Source: Myxococcales bacterium
GTDB taxonomy: Bacteria; Myxococcota_A; Polyangia; Polyangiales; DASUME01
Assembly: GCA_047601445.1 (NCBI GenBank)
Contig: JASGJH010000001.1
Location: 9,376,001-9,440,000 of the forward strand
DNA length: 64,000 nucleotides
Reading direction: 5' to 3'
The position numbers and the translations under genes were made by a program. Below the pieces are notes generated by a model. That model was not told the DNA's origin and searched no databases. It saw only the letters and a list, made by a program, of their open reading frames with translations. Shown piece by piece: positions 47,547 through 57,603 of this stretch (position 1 is its first letter; each line of letters starts with the position of its first letter).

Positions 47547-50276
47547 GTGAGCATGGGCGCCCAGGGAAGGCTCTCGCAGCTCGGTGAGGGGCAGCTCGCT
47601 GGCTTGTCACTGGGGGCGGTGGCCTGGTCTGATCTCTTCGCGCTGACCATCGAGCATTGTCCGGCGGCCATCGCGGTCTTCGACCGGGAGATGCGCTACC
47701 TGGTCTCGAGCGGACGTTGGCTCGCCTACCTGGGCGTGGCGGATCCAGCTCACGTCGTGGGGCGATACCACTACGACGTCTTCCCCGACTTTCCGCGGCA
47801 CTGGCGCGACGCGCACCAACGCTGCTTGACGGGTGCAGTCGAGCGCTGCGACGAGGAGCGCTTCTCGCGCGGCGATGCTCACGAGGATTGGCTGCGCTGG
47901 GAGATGCGGCCATGGCATGCAGCCTCAGGTGAGGTCGGCGGAAGCGTGGTCTTCGTGGAAACCATCACGCGACAGAAGGTGGCCGAGGAGGAGCTGCAAA
48001 CGAGCTCCCAGCGTCTGCGCTTGGCGCTCGACGGCGCGAAGCTCGGCACGTGGCACTGGCAGCTGAAGACCGACGAGCTCGTCTGGTCGGACCTCTGCTT
48101 CACCATGTGCGGGCTGAAGCCTGGCGAGCCCATGACCTACGAGCGGTTTCTTTCGTTGCTCCATCCCGATGATCGCGCGCGGGTTCAGGCCGCGGTGCGG
48201 CGGGCGCTGGAAGAGAAGCGCGATTACGACACGGAGTATCGCTCCATCTGGCCCGACGGGTCGATCCACTGGATGAGCGCCAAGGGCCGTGCCTTCTACG
48301 ATGCAGACGGGCATCCGCTGAGCATGGAGGGCGTGGTGGTGGACATCACGCCTCGCAAGGAGGCGGAGCGCGCCCTGAGCGAGAGCCGAGAGCGCTTTCG
48401 TAACCTGGCCGAGGGCATGCCGCACATGCTCTGGCAACTCGACGCCAACGGCACGTTGATCTACGCCAACCGGGGCTGGTGTCGCTACTTTGGGCGCGAT
48501 TCGATCGCGCTGTTTCAGTGGTCCGAAGTAGTGCATCCCGACGACCTCGAGCGCGTGGTCAATGCGTTCCCGGCGATGACGCAGGGCGAAACCAACCTCG
48601 AACCATTTCGGCTGCGAAGCCATGACGGAACGTACCGATGGTTCACGTGTCGCAGTGTCCCCGCCCGCGACGAGTTCGGACAGCTGCAACACATTACCGG
48701 GATCTCCACTGACGTCGACGAGCTCAAGCGCGTCGAAGAAGCCCTGCGTGTATCCCAGGCGCGACTCGGCACGGCGCTGCAGGCGGCGGGCATGGGCACG
48801 TGGGTCTGGGAGATCGAGGGCGACCACATGCTGTGGGACGAGTCGATGACGCAGCTGTTCGGCCTCGACCCTGCGCAGCCGGAGCCGCGCACCATGCAGA
48901 ACCTGCTGTCCCTGGCACACCCGGAGGACCGCCCGGGCATCGAGCGGGCGGTGCGGCGCGCTCTGAGGCACGAGGGGGACTTCGAAGCGGAGTATCGGGC
49001 GCTTTGCCCCAATGGGCGCACCCTCTGGCTCTCGGCCAAGGGACGCATGGAGGACGACACGCTCGGCCGACCGCACCGATTGTTCGGCGCCTGCGTGGAT
49101 GTCACGCAGCACAAGCAGCTCGAGGCCGAGCTCAGGCAGGCGCAGAAGATGGAGGCTATCGGTCAGCTGGCGGGCGGCGTCGCCCACGATTTCAACAATC
49201 TCCTGACCGTGATCCTCGGGCAGGCCTCCATCGCCGAGTTGGCCCCTGCGCTGCCGAAGCAAGCCAGGGACTCCATCCGCGACATCAGTGAGGCCGCCGA
49301 GCGGGCCGCGAGCTTGACGGCCCAGCTCCTGGCCTTCGGGCGCCGTCAGGTGATGAACGCCCGCAACATTGCGCTGGACGACGTGGTGGAAGGCGTCGCT
49401 AGCATGCTGAAGCGCATGCTAGGCGAACAGGTGAGCCTCGTGGTCGAGCCCTCGCACGAGCCGAGTCGCGTGCACGCCGATCCGACCATGATGACGCAGG
49501 TGCTGCTCAACCTCGCCATCAATGCCCGCGATGCGATGCCCGGCGGCGGACGACTCTCGATCCGTACCTACACCGAGCAGGTCGACGAACGCACGGTGAC
49601 GCAGGTGCCCGGGAGCACCGTGGGAAGGTTCGTGTGTCTATCCGTCAGCGACACCGGGCCCGGTATCGCGAGCGAGGTCCTGCCGCATATCTTCGAGCCG
49701 TTCTTCACGACCAAGGAAGTGGGGAAGGGCACCGGACTCGGGCTCGCCACGGTGTACGGCATCGTCAAGCAACACCACGGTTGGGTGAGCGTGAGCAGCG
49801 AAGCCGGCGCCGGCGCCACGTTTCGCGTGTTCCTGCCGCGCGCCACCGAGGAGACACGGTCCGGCGAGGAGGACCATGTTACGGCGGAGTTCAACGTCGA
49901 GGGCAGGGGCGAATGGATCCTGGTGGTCGAAGACGAAGCGGGCGTGCGCACCGTGCTCCAGAGCGTGCTCGAGCGCCACGGGTATCGTCTGCTCGTGGCC
50001 CAGAATAGCGGCGAGGCGCTCGACGCGTGGCACCGGCATGGGCCGGAGGTGAGCCTGTTGTTGACTGACGTGGTAATGCCAGGGAGCCTATCGGGGTGCG
50101 AACTCGCGGCCCAGCTGCAGGCACGCAAGCCCAACCTCAAGACCATCCTTTGCAGCGGCTACAGCACGGCGAACATCGCCAGGGAAGCTGCCTCCCTGCG
50201 GAGCACCGTGTTCCTGCAGAAGCCCTACCGCACCCAGCAGCTGCTGGCCTTGGTGCGTAGGGTCCTCGACGAGTGA
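47547..50276 (+). CDS. Cytoplasmic multi-PAS hybrid histidine kinase / receiver
   Basis: Four PAS/PAC units (HPDD/HPED motifs), [26 protein letters not shown], receiver LLLTDVVMP...KPY. Confidence 0.95.
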   Translation: MSMGAQGRLSQLGEGQLAGLSLGAVAWSDLFALTIEHCPAAIAVFDREMRYLVSSGRWLAYLGVADPAHVVGRYHYDVFPDFPRHWRDAHQRCLTGAVERCDEERFSRGDAHEDWLRWEMRPWHAASGEVGGSVVFVETITRQKVAEEELQTSSQRLRLALDGAKLGTWHWQLKTDELVWSDLCFTMCGLKPGEPMTYERFLSLLHPDDRARVQAAVRRALEEKRDYDTEYRSIWPDGSIHWMSAKGRAFYDADGHPLSMEGVVVDITPRKEAERALSESRERFRNLAEGMPHMLWQLDANGTLIYANRGWCRYFGRDSIALFQWSEVVHPDDLERVVNAFPAMTQGETNLEPFRLRSHDGTYRWFTCRSVPARDEFGQLQHITGISTDVDELKRVEEALRVSQARLGTALQAAGMGTWVWEIEGDHMLWDESMTQLFGLDPAQPEPRTMQNLLSLAHPEDRPGIERAVRRALRHEGDFEAEYRALCPNGRTLWLSAKGRMEDDTLGRPHRLFGACVDVTQHKQLEAELRQAQKMEAIGQLAGGVAHDFNNLLTVILGQASIAELAPALPKQARDSIRDISEAAERAASLTAQLLAFGRRQVMNARNIALDDVVEGVASMLKRMLGEQVSLVVEPSHEPSRVHADPTMMTQVLLNLAINARDAMPGGGRLSIRTYTEQVDERTVTQVPGSTVGRFVCLSVSDTGPGIASEVLPHIFEPFFTTKEVGKGTGLGLATVYGIVKQHHGWVSVSSEAGAGATFRVFLPRATEETRSGEEDHVTAEFNVEGRGEWILVVEDEAGVRTVLQSVLERHGYRLLVAQNSGEALDAWHRHGPEVSLLLTDVVMPGSLSGCELAAQLQARKPNLKTILCSGYSTANIAREAASLRSTVFLQKPYRTQQLLALVRRVLDE

Positions 50277-50501
50277 GCGCGGGCCCTGCGAGGCCCGCAC
50301 CTGCACGGTTCGTGCAAGACCTCGAAGGAGCAAACGGTCGGGTGAGTTTTCCTACGAACCAGGCCCCAGCAGCGCCCTGAACGACGGCAAAGGTCCCCCG
50401 CGATCTCCCGTGCCCTGCGAATCTCACTGCGCGTGAGTCCGAATCGCCTATTCTCCGGAGATAAGATCGGCTAGCCGCGAGGCGGTCGTAAGGGGATTGC
50501 A

Positions 50502-51149
50502 GTGAAGATCACCGACGAAAAAGCCGGCATTCGCCGTGCGCCGCGGCAGCAACGCTCACGGCAAACTGTGGAGGCGGTGCTCGACGCGGTCGAGAGGGTG
50601 CTCAAGCGCGAGGGAGCCGACGCTATTACCACGAACCGCATCGCTGAGGCGGCCGGGGTCAGCATTGGCTCCGTCTACCAATACTTTCCCGACAAGCGGT
50701 CCATCTTCACTGCACTGCATCAACGCCACGTCGAGCAGGTGAGCCAGGCCATCGAGCGCACGGTGGCTGAGCACGCGTCCACATTCGGCTCGGGGGCGCA
50801 ACCGCCTGCTTCGACGTCGCTCGCGGATTTCACATGCGCTCTTGCAAAGGCATTGATGAATGTTCACGACTCCGATCCGCTGCTGCATGGGATCATTGCC
50901 GAGGCCGTGCCAGAGAGCGCACAGGGGTTCAGACGTGCGCTTCAGGCGACGTTCGAGCGTATTATTTCGCCACTCGATCAAGGTGTCCGTAGCCAGCAGA
51001 TGCTGTGGGTTCTGCCGCATCTGCTGGAGGCGCTCGTGCATGGCGGCATGGCTCAGCGGCCATCCGTCCTGTCCCTGGACGACATGAAACAGGAAGTAGT
51101 TCGGGCGATTCGTGCCTACTTGGACGCGGCCCAGGTTGATTCACCTTGA
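50502..51149 (+). CDS. TetR/AcrR family regulator
   Basis: PRQQRSRQTVEAVLDA...TTNRIAEAAGVSIGSVYQYFPDK. Confidence 0.93.
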   Translation: MKITDEKAGIRRAPRQQRSRQTVEAVLDAVERVLKREGADAITTNRIAEAAGVSIGSVYQYFPDKRSIFTALHQRHVEQVSQAIERTVAEHASTFGSGAQPPASTSLADFTCALAKALMNVHDSDPLLHGIIAEAVPESAQGFRRALQATFERIISPLDQGVRSQQMLWVLPHLLEALVHGGMAQRPSVLSLDDMKQEVVRAIRAYLDAAQVDSP

Positions 51150-52019
51150 GAAATCAGCGCAACGCGTCGGCACATCTCTAGCCAGCGCGCTCCAGCCTCG
51201 CACGATTTCGAGCGCGATCCGTTTCTGGCCATCCAGGCGGAAGTGGAGACCGTCCTCCGTGACGAGATCTGGCGCAGGAGTCTCGCCGAGTGCGGCAAAC
51301 AGGTCGACGTGTGGAGCGTCGAGCTTGCGAACAGCGTCCGCGACACGCGCGATGTCCTCGTTGCGGAAGCGAACCCCGAAGCGTGCCAGCGCCCAGTGCG
51401 CAGCGACGCGCTGTTCTATGACCGGCGGAGGCGTGATCCACAGGCACTCTGCTCGCGTCTCTGCGGAGGCACGCCGTTGAAGATCTGCGACGTTCCGCTC
51501 CGTCTCACGATGATCGACGAGCGTCTTGCTGGGCTTCGGGCCGTGGGTGCGCGCATCGTTCACGCCGATGAAGAAGAGGATCCAATCGGGTTCGAGCGCA
51601 ATGACTTCGCCGATTCGGATCTGCCCATGCGTGGTCGTCTCTCCGCTGACGGCGCTAATGACCATGGAAATTCCGTCGTCGGGCCGCCGCATGGCCAATA
51701 ACTCGCTCAAGACAACCGCCCATGACTGCGGATCCGACGTGTGGCTGTCGCCAAATGCGACAATCTTGGCGCCCTTCCTCAAGGGGAGGCGATCCACCAT
51801 CGAGCAGACCAAAGGATCTGCCAGCAGCTCGCGCGCGGCTTCCTTTGCGCCTGTCACCAGCCGTGCGTGCTGCGTCGAGTAGACCTCAGCAGCGAGGCCA
51901 AGCAGAGCAGCGCGTGTGCCCTCTGCGAGTCCCTTCCACCCACCGGGGAGTGACCCAACGCTTCTCTCGGGTTGAAAGACTTTTACTAGCCAGCTTACTT
52001 GTTCCGGAGACCATTCCAT
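51141..52019 (-). CDS. SGNH/GDSL hydrolase
   Basis: VAFGDSHT, AVSGETT, IGVNDA, EDGLHF blocks. Confidence 0.9.
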   Translation of the reverse strand: MEWSPEQVSWLVKVFQPERSVGSLPGGWKGLAEGTRAALLGLAAEVYSTQHARLVTGAKEAARELLADPLVCSMVDRLPLRKGAKIVAFGDSHTSDPQSWAVVLSELLAMRRPDDGISMVISAVSGETTTHGQIRIGEVIALEPDWILFFIGVNDARTHGPKPSKTLVDHRETERNVADLQRRASAETRAECLWITPPPVIEQRVAAHWALARFGVRFRNEDIARVADAVRKLDAPHVDLFAALGETPAPDLVTEDGLHFRLDGQKRIALEIVRGWSALARDVPTRCADFSR

Positions 52020-52306
52020 GTGCTCGACTCCAGTTGTCGGGAGTGAGAGAAACTACCGGAGTGGTAACGCGGCGTCAGCTCGCGTTCGGGCTTCACCAAG
52101 TGGCTGATAGGACTCGGAAAACCGCGCCGCGTTCGTCGCATGCTCAGATTGAAGTTGAGCCGCACGAATGGGAGGCGCTGCGAGGCGCAGCTCCCGCTTC
52201 GCGAGCGCGGGCATCCAGGGCCCACGGCTGCGCCATCGGGATGTTGTTGGCCGCTCGAGCCACGAGAAGCGCGGGTCACCAGGGCCGTTGCCCGACCACG
52301 CAAGCG

Positions 52307-53680
52307 CTACGGGGATGCCATGTCCTCGATGAACTCGCTCTCAGCCGGGAGCTTGCCCTTGAGCGCCGCGAACGCAGCGTTCCGGTTGCGACAGTGCAGG
52401 GTTTCCTCCAGTGCTGCCGTGGTCGCGTCGCCGACGATGTTCAGCCCCTTTGCCATGTCGATGGTGGCACAGTCGAACAGGTACGGCAGTCCGATGATCA
52501 CCGCGCTACCGATGCCGCACACGCCGTCAGCTTGGGCCTCTTCGATGGCGTTCTTGCCTTGATCGTTCTTCTGGCAAAGATCGGTGGGCAAGAGATGTCC
52601 TGCGGTCTTCACGCCCAGCAGGCGCTTCTTGATCTTCGGCTTGCCAGGGGAACCCTCGTAGGCGCTTTTGGCGCTGATGGACCCGAGGGGACACACGACG
52701 CTACCGACCCACGGGCCCGCGTAACCCATGACGCGATCGTCGATGCCCGACACGTATAGGATGGACTCGAGCGTATCGGAGGTCGTCGTCACGGTGGAGC
52801 CCGAGAGAGGCATGACGATGCGCACACCCGGCAGGGCCGTAAAGGTGGACGACACGCAGCCTCCTTGGCTGTGACCCGAGACCGCGAGCCGCGTCATGTC
52901 CAGGTGGTCCTTGAGGAAGGCGAGATCGCCGCTCGCAGACTTGAGCGCGTCTAGCTGCAAGTCGACATCTCCCGGAATGTCCTGGTCGTCGTGGGGCAGG
53001 CTGCATTCCAACGTCGCGCTCAGCTGATCCTTCAGGCCCAACCCCGGATAGTCCGCCGCCACCACCACAAAGCCGCGGCTCGCCCATTGTGCGTTGAGGG
53101 TGCCTGAGGCAATGCGGAATGACGAAGTGCCGTGGACGAACATGACCACCGGATACGGCCCGAACTCGTCATCGATGGGCACGTCCCGATACACGTCGCC
53201 ACCTATCGCGGTGACGAGGGGGACATTGGCATCGGGAATCTTCTTGCGCTCCTGCTGGGGCAGCCAGTCACGAATGTCGTACTTCGCTACGGGCTTCCCG
53301 TCGGTGGTGCCAGGCTTGGCGGGATAGAACACCTCGACTTTCAGGCGGCCAACGGTGGCGGTGCGAACGCCCACCTTCCACGGTCCGCGCACGCTGGTGT
53401 CTTCCGGGACAGGACGCAGCTTGGTCTCTCCACAACCGGCCTCGGACGCGGCCGCGCCACCGTCAGCGTCTCCGTCACCCGTGCCGGGCCGCTGATCGCC
53501 GTCCCCATCTCCATCTCCGACCTCACTGTCGTCGCCATCGCCCGAATCAGCCGTCGAGTCGCCATCGCCGGTAGAAGACATTTCCTCCCGCGCGCGCGGA
53601 GGAGCACTCTCGCCGCAGGCAGCGGCTCCCGCTGCAACGAGCAGCAGGCCACTCAAGGAGGCAGCAAAGCGTGATCTCAT
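52307..53680 (-). CDS. Alpha/beta-hydrolase lipoprotein
   Basis: AAAC lipobox, GD-rich linker, YPVVMFVHG, ASRGFVVVAADYPG, GHSQGG nucleophile elbow. Confidence 0.85.
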   Translation of the reverse strand: MRSRFAASLSGLLLVAAGAAACGESAPPRAREEMSSTGDGDSTADSGDGDDSEVGDGDGDGDQRPGTGDGDADGGAAASEAGCGETKLRPVPEDTSVRGPWKVGVRTATVGRLKVEVFYPAKPGTTDGKPVAKYDIRDWLPQQERKKIPDANVPLVTAIGGDVYRDVPIDDEFGPYPVVMFVHGTSSFRIASGTLNAQWASRGFVVVAADYPGLGLKDQLSATLECSLPHDDQDIPGDVDLQLDALKSASGDLAFLKDHLDMTRLAVSGHSQGGCVSSTFTALPGVRIVMPLSGSTVTTTSDTLESILYVSGIDDRVMGYAGPWVGSVVCPLGSISAKSAYEGSPGKPKIKKRLLGVKTAGHLLPTDLCQKNDQGKNAIEEAQADGVCGIGSAVIIGLPYLFDCATIDMAKGLNIVGDATTAALEETLHCRNRNAAFAALKGKLPAESEFIEDMASP

Positions 53681-54082
53681 GGCGACAACCTCAAGAAAGA
53701 CAGGGCGTCGCACCCGACGCGATGCCCCAAAATTCCGAGGACAATAAGGCTGGCCAGTCGGACGAAATGCTCAAAGACTTTGCTGAATCGCTCAAACTTC
53801 GCCGTTTACCGGGGCACTCGCCTCGAGGTCGTGGGGGAGGCCGAGCAAGCGGCCGACGAACACCACCGTGAGCTTCGTGCCTGCCGCCGTCGGGCCCCAG
53901 AATGCGGTGCGTTCATAGCCGGAATGCTCGAGCCCAGGCCAGAGCAACGGGTTGGACCAGTCTCTTGGGAAGGAGGGGCACAAGAGCTCATTCGAGAGGT
54001 GGCCTAGGTTTGGGGTCTTGTTCGCGCGACGCTCACGACAGACCTGAGATAGTATTGGCCTTTGCTGGACAGAGCCTGAGAG

Positions 54083-55103
54083 ATGAAGCGTCAGCTAGCA
54101 GTCTGCGTCGCCCTAGGATTCTTGATCGCGAACTGCGCGGGGCCGAAGGAGTTCGGCGGAAGTCAGGACGACCTGCGTGGCGATCAAGGCCATACAGCGT
54201 TGCCCGATGCTGGTGAAGAAGCCGACACCGGTGATCGCGGTCGCCGTGATGGCGGTGGAGCCGTCGACGGCAGTGGTCGCGACAACGTCGGCCGCGACGA
54301 GGGCACGGACCACGGAGCGGACGCCGACACCCCAGACGATACGATCGGCGAGCCCTCCATGCTCCCGACACCGAAGGGCGAGTGTCCAGCACTCAAAGAC
54401 GGACCGTTCACCTACAACGGCGCGACGGTGCAGCTCACTGTCGGCGACAAGGAGGGACCGGTCTTCTTCTACTTTCACGGCACGGCCAGCTCGCCGGATG
54501 AAGTCGACTTGGGCATTCCAGGCGCGCGTGAGAGCGTGAAGACCGAAGGCGGTCTCGTAGCCACCTGGGATATCTCGAGCCCGATGGGTGACAGCACCGG
54601 TTCCGTCTGGGAGGTCTGGCACACCGGCGACTTTGATGTAGCGGATCAGAATCCTCGCGTGTGCCATCGCGCAGGGTATTGCTGATACGTCGCGCGTGCA
54701 CGTGGCGGGGTACAGTGCCGGCGGCCTCCAGGCCGGGGCCATGGTGTTCATGCGCTCGAACTACCTGGCGAGCGCAATCGTATATTCGGGCGGAAAAGGC
54801 GCGGGTGCGAGCGGATTTCAGGACACCAACAACGTGCCGAGCGTCGTTTTCGCCCACGGGGCGATGGGAGCGGACGTGTTCATCATCGACTTCGCGGTGC
54901 AGAGCGCGAACATGGCGAAGAAGCTGATCGCCAAGGATGGCTTTGTCGTCGACTGCGATGATGGCGGAGGTCACGTGGACTTCGGTCGCCTGGGACTGGG
55001 TGGTCACGCCGTGGATTTCTTCGAAACCCACGGGTATCGGAAGAACGACTACGGCGCCTTGCTCCCGTCTGGGTGGCCAACCAGCTGCAAGATCCTGCCG
55101 TAA
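54083..55103 (+). pseudogene. Esterase-like alpha/beta-hydrolase lipoprotein, split by a one-base frameshift at 54650-54651 (real or sequencing error)
   Basis: IANC lipobox and FFYFHG; removing one A joins ADQ-ILACAIAQGIADTSRVHVAGYSAGG (GxSxG), then HG..D and GGGH. Confidence 0.8.
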
Positions 55104-55161
55104 TCCGAGCGATGCGAGCGTGGTGGGATGCGCGGATGGTGGTGGGTGTTGGCCCTGCGGG

Positions 55162-56310
55162 TCAGCGCAGTTCTTGATGCAGCGGTTCCTTGTAGAGGAA
55201 CGCGGGCGCCGTGACCTTCACGAGGTCGCTGACCGCGACACCCAGTCGGAGTGTACCGGTGGCGTTGGTGCAGCCGCCCGAGTAGTGCGACTGATAGGAG
55301 ATGTTGGATTGGACCGAGCTCTCTTCGATGACCAGCCAGCCGGCGTCCGTATCGCCGATCGGATCCGAGCTGGAGCCCCAAAACACCTGACGTGGCGGCT
55401 TGGTCGGCACGAAGTAACGATTCCCGAGGCAACCGGCTGCGGAGTAGTACACCTTGAAACCAGCGATCCATTGAGGAGATCCCGGACCGCCACCAACCTC
55501 GCCCGCGAGCACTCCGTTGTAGTGCAGGTACGACCAGATATAGCCCTTCGCATCCACGTAGAACGGCCGCTCCAACCGGTTCTCTTGACCCGGCGGCATC
55601 TGCGTGACCACCGTGCCTTCGGCATCCACCCAGACCAGCTGTGGAGATGAAGATCCCGGATCGCCTTTCGGGCCCTGTGGTCCCTGGGGCCCCTGCGGTC
55701 CTTGTCCGCCCTGGTTACCGTTCAGGCCAGGGAGGCCCTGCGCGCCGTTCAAGCCCGAGCACAGGTCGAAGCTCTTGCGAACCTCTCCCGCCTGGAGCAC
55801 CGCATCGCGCGCCGTGCCTCCGCCGCTGCCGTCGTCGAGCCCGACATCCACGTGCGTGCCACCACCCGGACAGGCGCCCGCGGTCGCCGCTGTGCTTACG
55901 AACAACGTGTTGAAACCATCCACGCCACCGGACGCGCCGTTGCAGAGGTTCAGCACGCTGTCGATCTCGTCATCCTGCAACACGCCATCGGCCGCAGTTC
56001 CCGTGCCTGCGCCATCGTCCTGGCCGAGCAACAACAGCTTGCCTCCGGTCGGACAGTCGCTGGCCGAGGCGGCGGCTGTGCGCGTCACGCTCGGCACAGC
56101 GTTGGTCCCGGGCGTCCCCATCGCGCCGGCCTGCCCCTGCGCACCGGACTCCCCTCGGTCACCTTGTGGTCCTATGCTGCCGGCCTGTCCTTGGGGGCCC
56201 TGGCCACCCAATTCACCGGCCAAGCCCTGCTGGCCAGGCGCGCCATCGGCGCCGCTCTGACCGTCGCAGGCAACCAGCAATAGCGTCAATACTCCGTAAG
56301 AGACTCGCAT
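55162..56310 (-). CDS. Collagen-like (Gly-X-Y) surface lipoprotein with two Cys-bounded repeat domains
   Basis: LLVAC lipobox, two Gly-X-Y tracts, and two CP.GG...G.DDG...L...E......CxG repeats. Confidence 0.85.
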   Translation of the reverse strand: MRVSYGVLTLLLVACDGQSGADGAPGQQGLAGELGGQGPQGQAGSIGPQGDRGESGAQGQAGAMGTPGTNAVPSVTRTAAASASDCPTGGKLLLLGQDDGAGTGTAADGVLQDDEIDSVLNLCNGASGGVDGFNTLFVSTAATAGACPGGGTHVDVGLDDGSGGGTARDAVLQAGEVRKSFDLCSGLNGAQGLPGLNGNQGGQGPQGPQGPQGPKGDPGSSSPQLVWVDAEGTVVTQMPPGQENRLERPFYVDAKGYIWSYLHYNGVLAGEVGGGPGSPQWIAGFKVYYSAAGCLGNRYFVPTKPPRQVFWGSSSDPIGDTDAGWLVIEESSVQSNISYQSHYSGGCTNATGTLRLGVAVSDLVKVTAPAFLYKEPLHQELR

Positions 56311-56556
56311 CTGACAACGCTCCCTGCGCACGTTTGGTGCCGAATGAAGGGCGCGATGATATCGCAGTCCTCAATCGTGCAGCCACGTGGTGCCGGGGTG
56401 ATGGATTGGCGTCCGGGCTAGAGTCGTCCTGCGCGGGGGCGGTGCTGCGGCCGAGGAGACTCTCTTCCTCAACTCGAGAAGCGGTGGCCACCTGCTACTT
56501 CGAGGGCCGTGCAGTTCACGCCGCGCGGGCGCAGGTCCGACAGGCGCTGCAGGGCT

Positions 56557-57480
56557 TCAGTCACGGGGCGCTCCTTGGGCATGCAGGGCCAGGATGTCGG
56601 CGATCGCGCGGTTCAGCGGCGTGGGGACGCCCTTCGCGCCGCCCAGTTCGACCACGCCGCCGGACAGCCAGCGCACCTCCAGCGGGTTGCCGCGCTCGAG
56701 GTCGTGGTGCATGGACGAAGTCATGTCCGGTGCCACCGCGTCGGCCCGCTGCATGGCCGCGGCGAGGTAGTCCTGCGGCAGCGCCACGCCGTGCGCCCGC
56801 GCGACGGCGATCACCTCGCGCATCACGTCCTCGAGGAAGGCGCGCGTTTGCGCGTGCGAACGGATCGGGCCGATGGTCCTGCGCATCGTGGTCGTGGGCC
56901 CCGACAGGCCCACCAGGAACACGTACTTCTGCCAGATCTCGCGCAGGATGTCCGTGGACAGCTCCGCGTCGATGCCGCCGGCCAGGCAGGCCGCGAGCAG
57001 CGCCTCGCCGCGCGCCGAGCGCGCTCCGTCGAATTCGCCGAACAGGAGCCGCTGCATGGGGCCGGTCTGCCGGATCACGCCGGGCGACGTGATCGTGGTG
57101 GCGACGTAGCCGACGCCGCCCATGATCTGCTTCGCATCGAACGCCGCGCGCAGGAAGTCGTCCTTTAGTACCCCGTTCTGGAACGAGATCACCGTCGTCC
57201 GCGGCCCCACCATGGGCCGCATCTGCGCGATGGCATGCTCGGTGTCCCAGAGCTTCACAGCGAGCATGACCACGTCCATGACGCCGGCCTCGGATGGCTG
57301 GTCGGTGGCTTGCACCTCGCGCACGTGCAAGGGGGCAGGTCCGTCGATCCGCAGGCCCTCGCTACGCATCGCCGCGAGATGCCTGCCGCGCGCGATGAAG
57401 TGCACGTCCGCCCCGCCCTGTGCCAGCCGCGCGCCGAAGTAGCCGCCCAGGCCGCCCGAACCCATGATCCCGATGCGCAT
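56557..57480 (-). CDS. panE: 2-dehydropantoate 2-reductase (ketopantoate reductase family)
   Basis: MRIGIMGSGGLGGYFG, AVK, FQNG, IWQKY, TSSMHHDLERGNPLE. Confidence 0.9.
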   Translation of the reverse strand: MRIGIMGSGGLGGYFGARLAQGGADVHFIARGRHLAAMRSEGLRIDGPAPLHVREVQATDQPSEAGVMDVVMLAVKLWDTEHAIAQMRPMVGPRTTVISFQNGVLKDDFLRAAFDAKQIMGGVGYVATTITSPGVIRQTGPMQRLLFGEFDGARSARGEALLAACLAGGIDAELSTDILREIWQKYVFLVGLSGPTTTMRRTIGPIRSHAQTRAFLEDVMREVIAVARAHGVALPQDYLAAAMQRADAVAPDMTSSMHHDLERGNPLEVRWLSGGVVELGGAKGVPTPLNRAIADILALHAQGAPRD

Positions 57481-57603
57481 CAAGCTTCCTTTCGTGCCGG
57501 GGCGCCGCGCCCGCCGCCCAGCATAGCGTCCCCGGCCCAGGCCTGCCGTCGGCTGAGTGGATCGGAGGCAGCGCAGTCGCAGTGTGGGCAGTCGACGTCG
57601 AGC

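Noticed and set aside
53780..54007. Short ORFs on both strands between the two hydrolase genes
   Set aside because: No RBS or motif that I can support; may be a gene remnant, but undecidable without a search.
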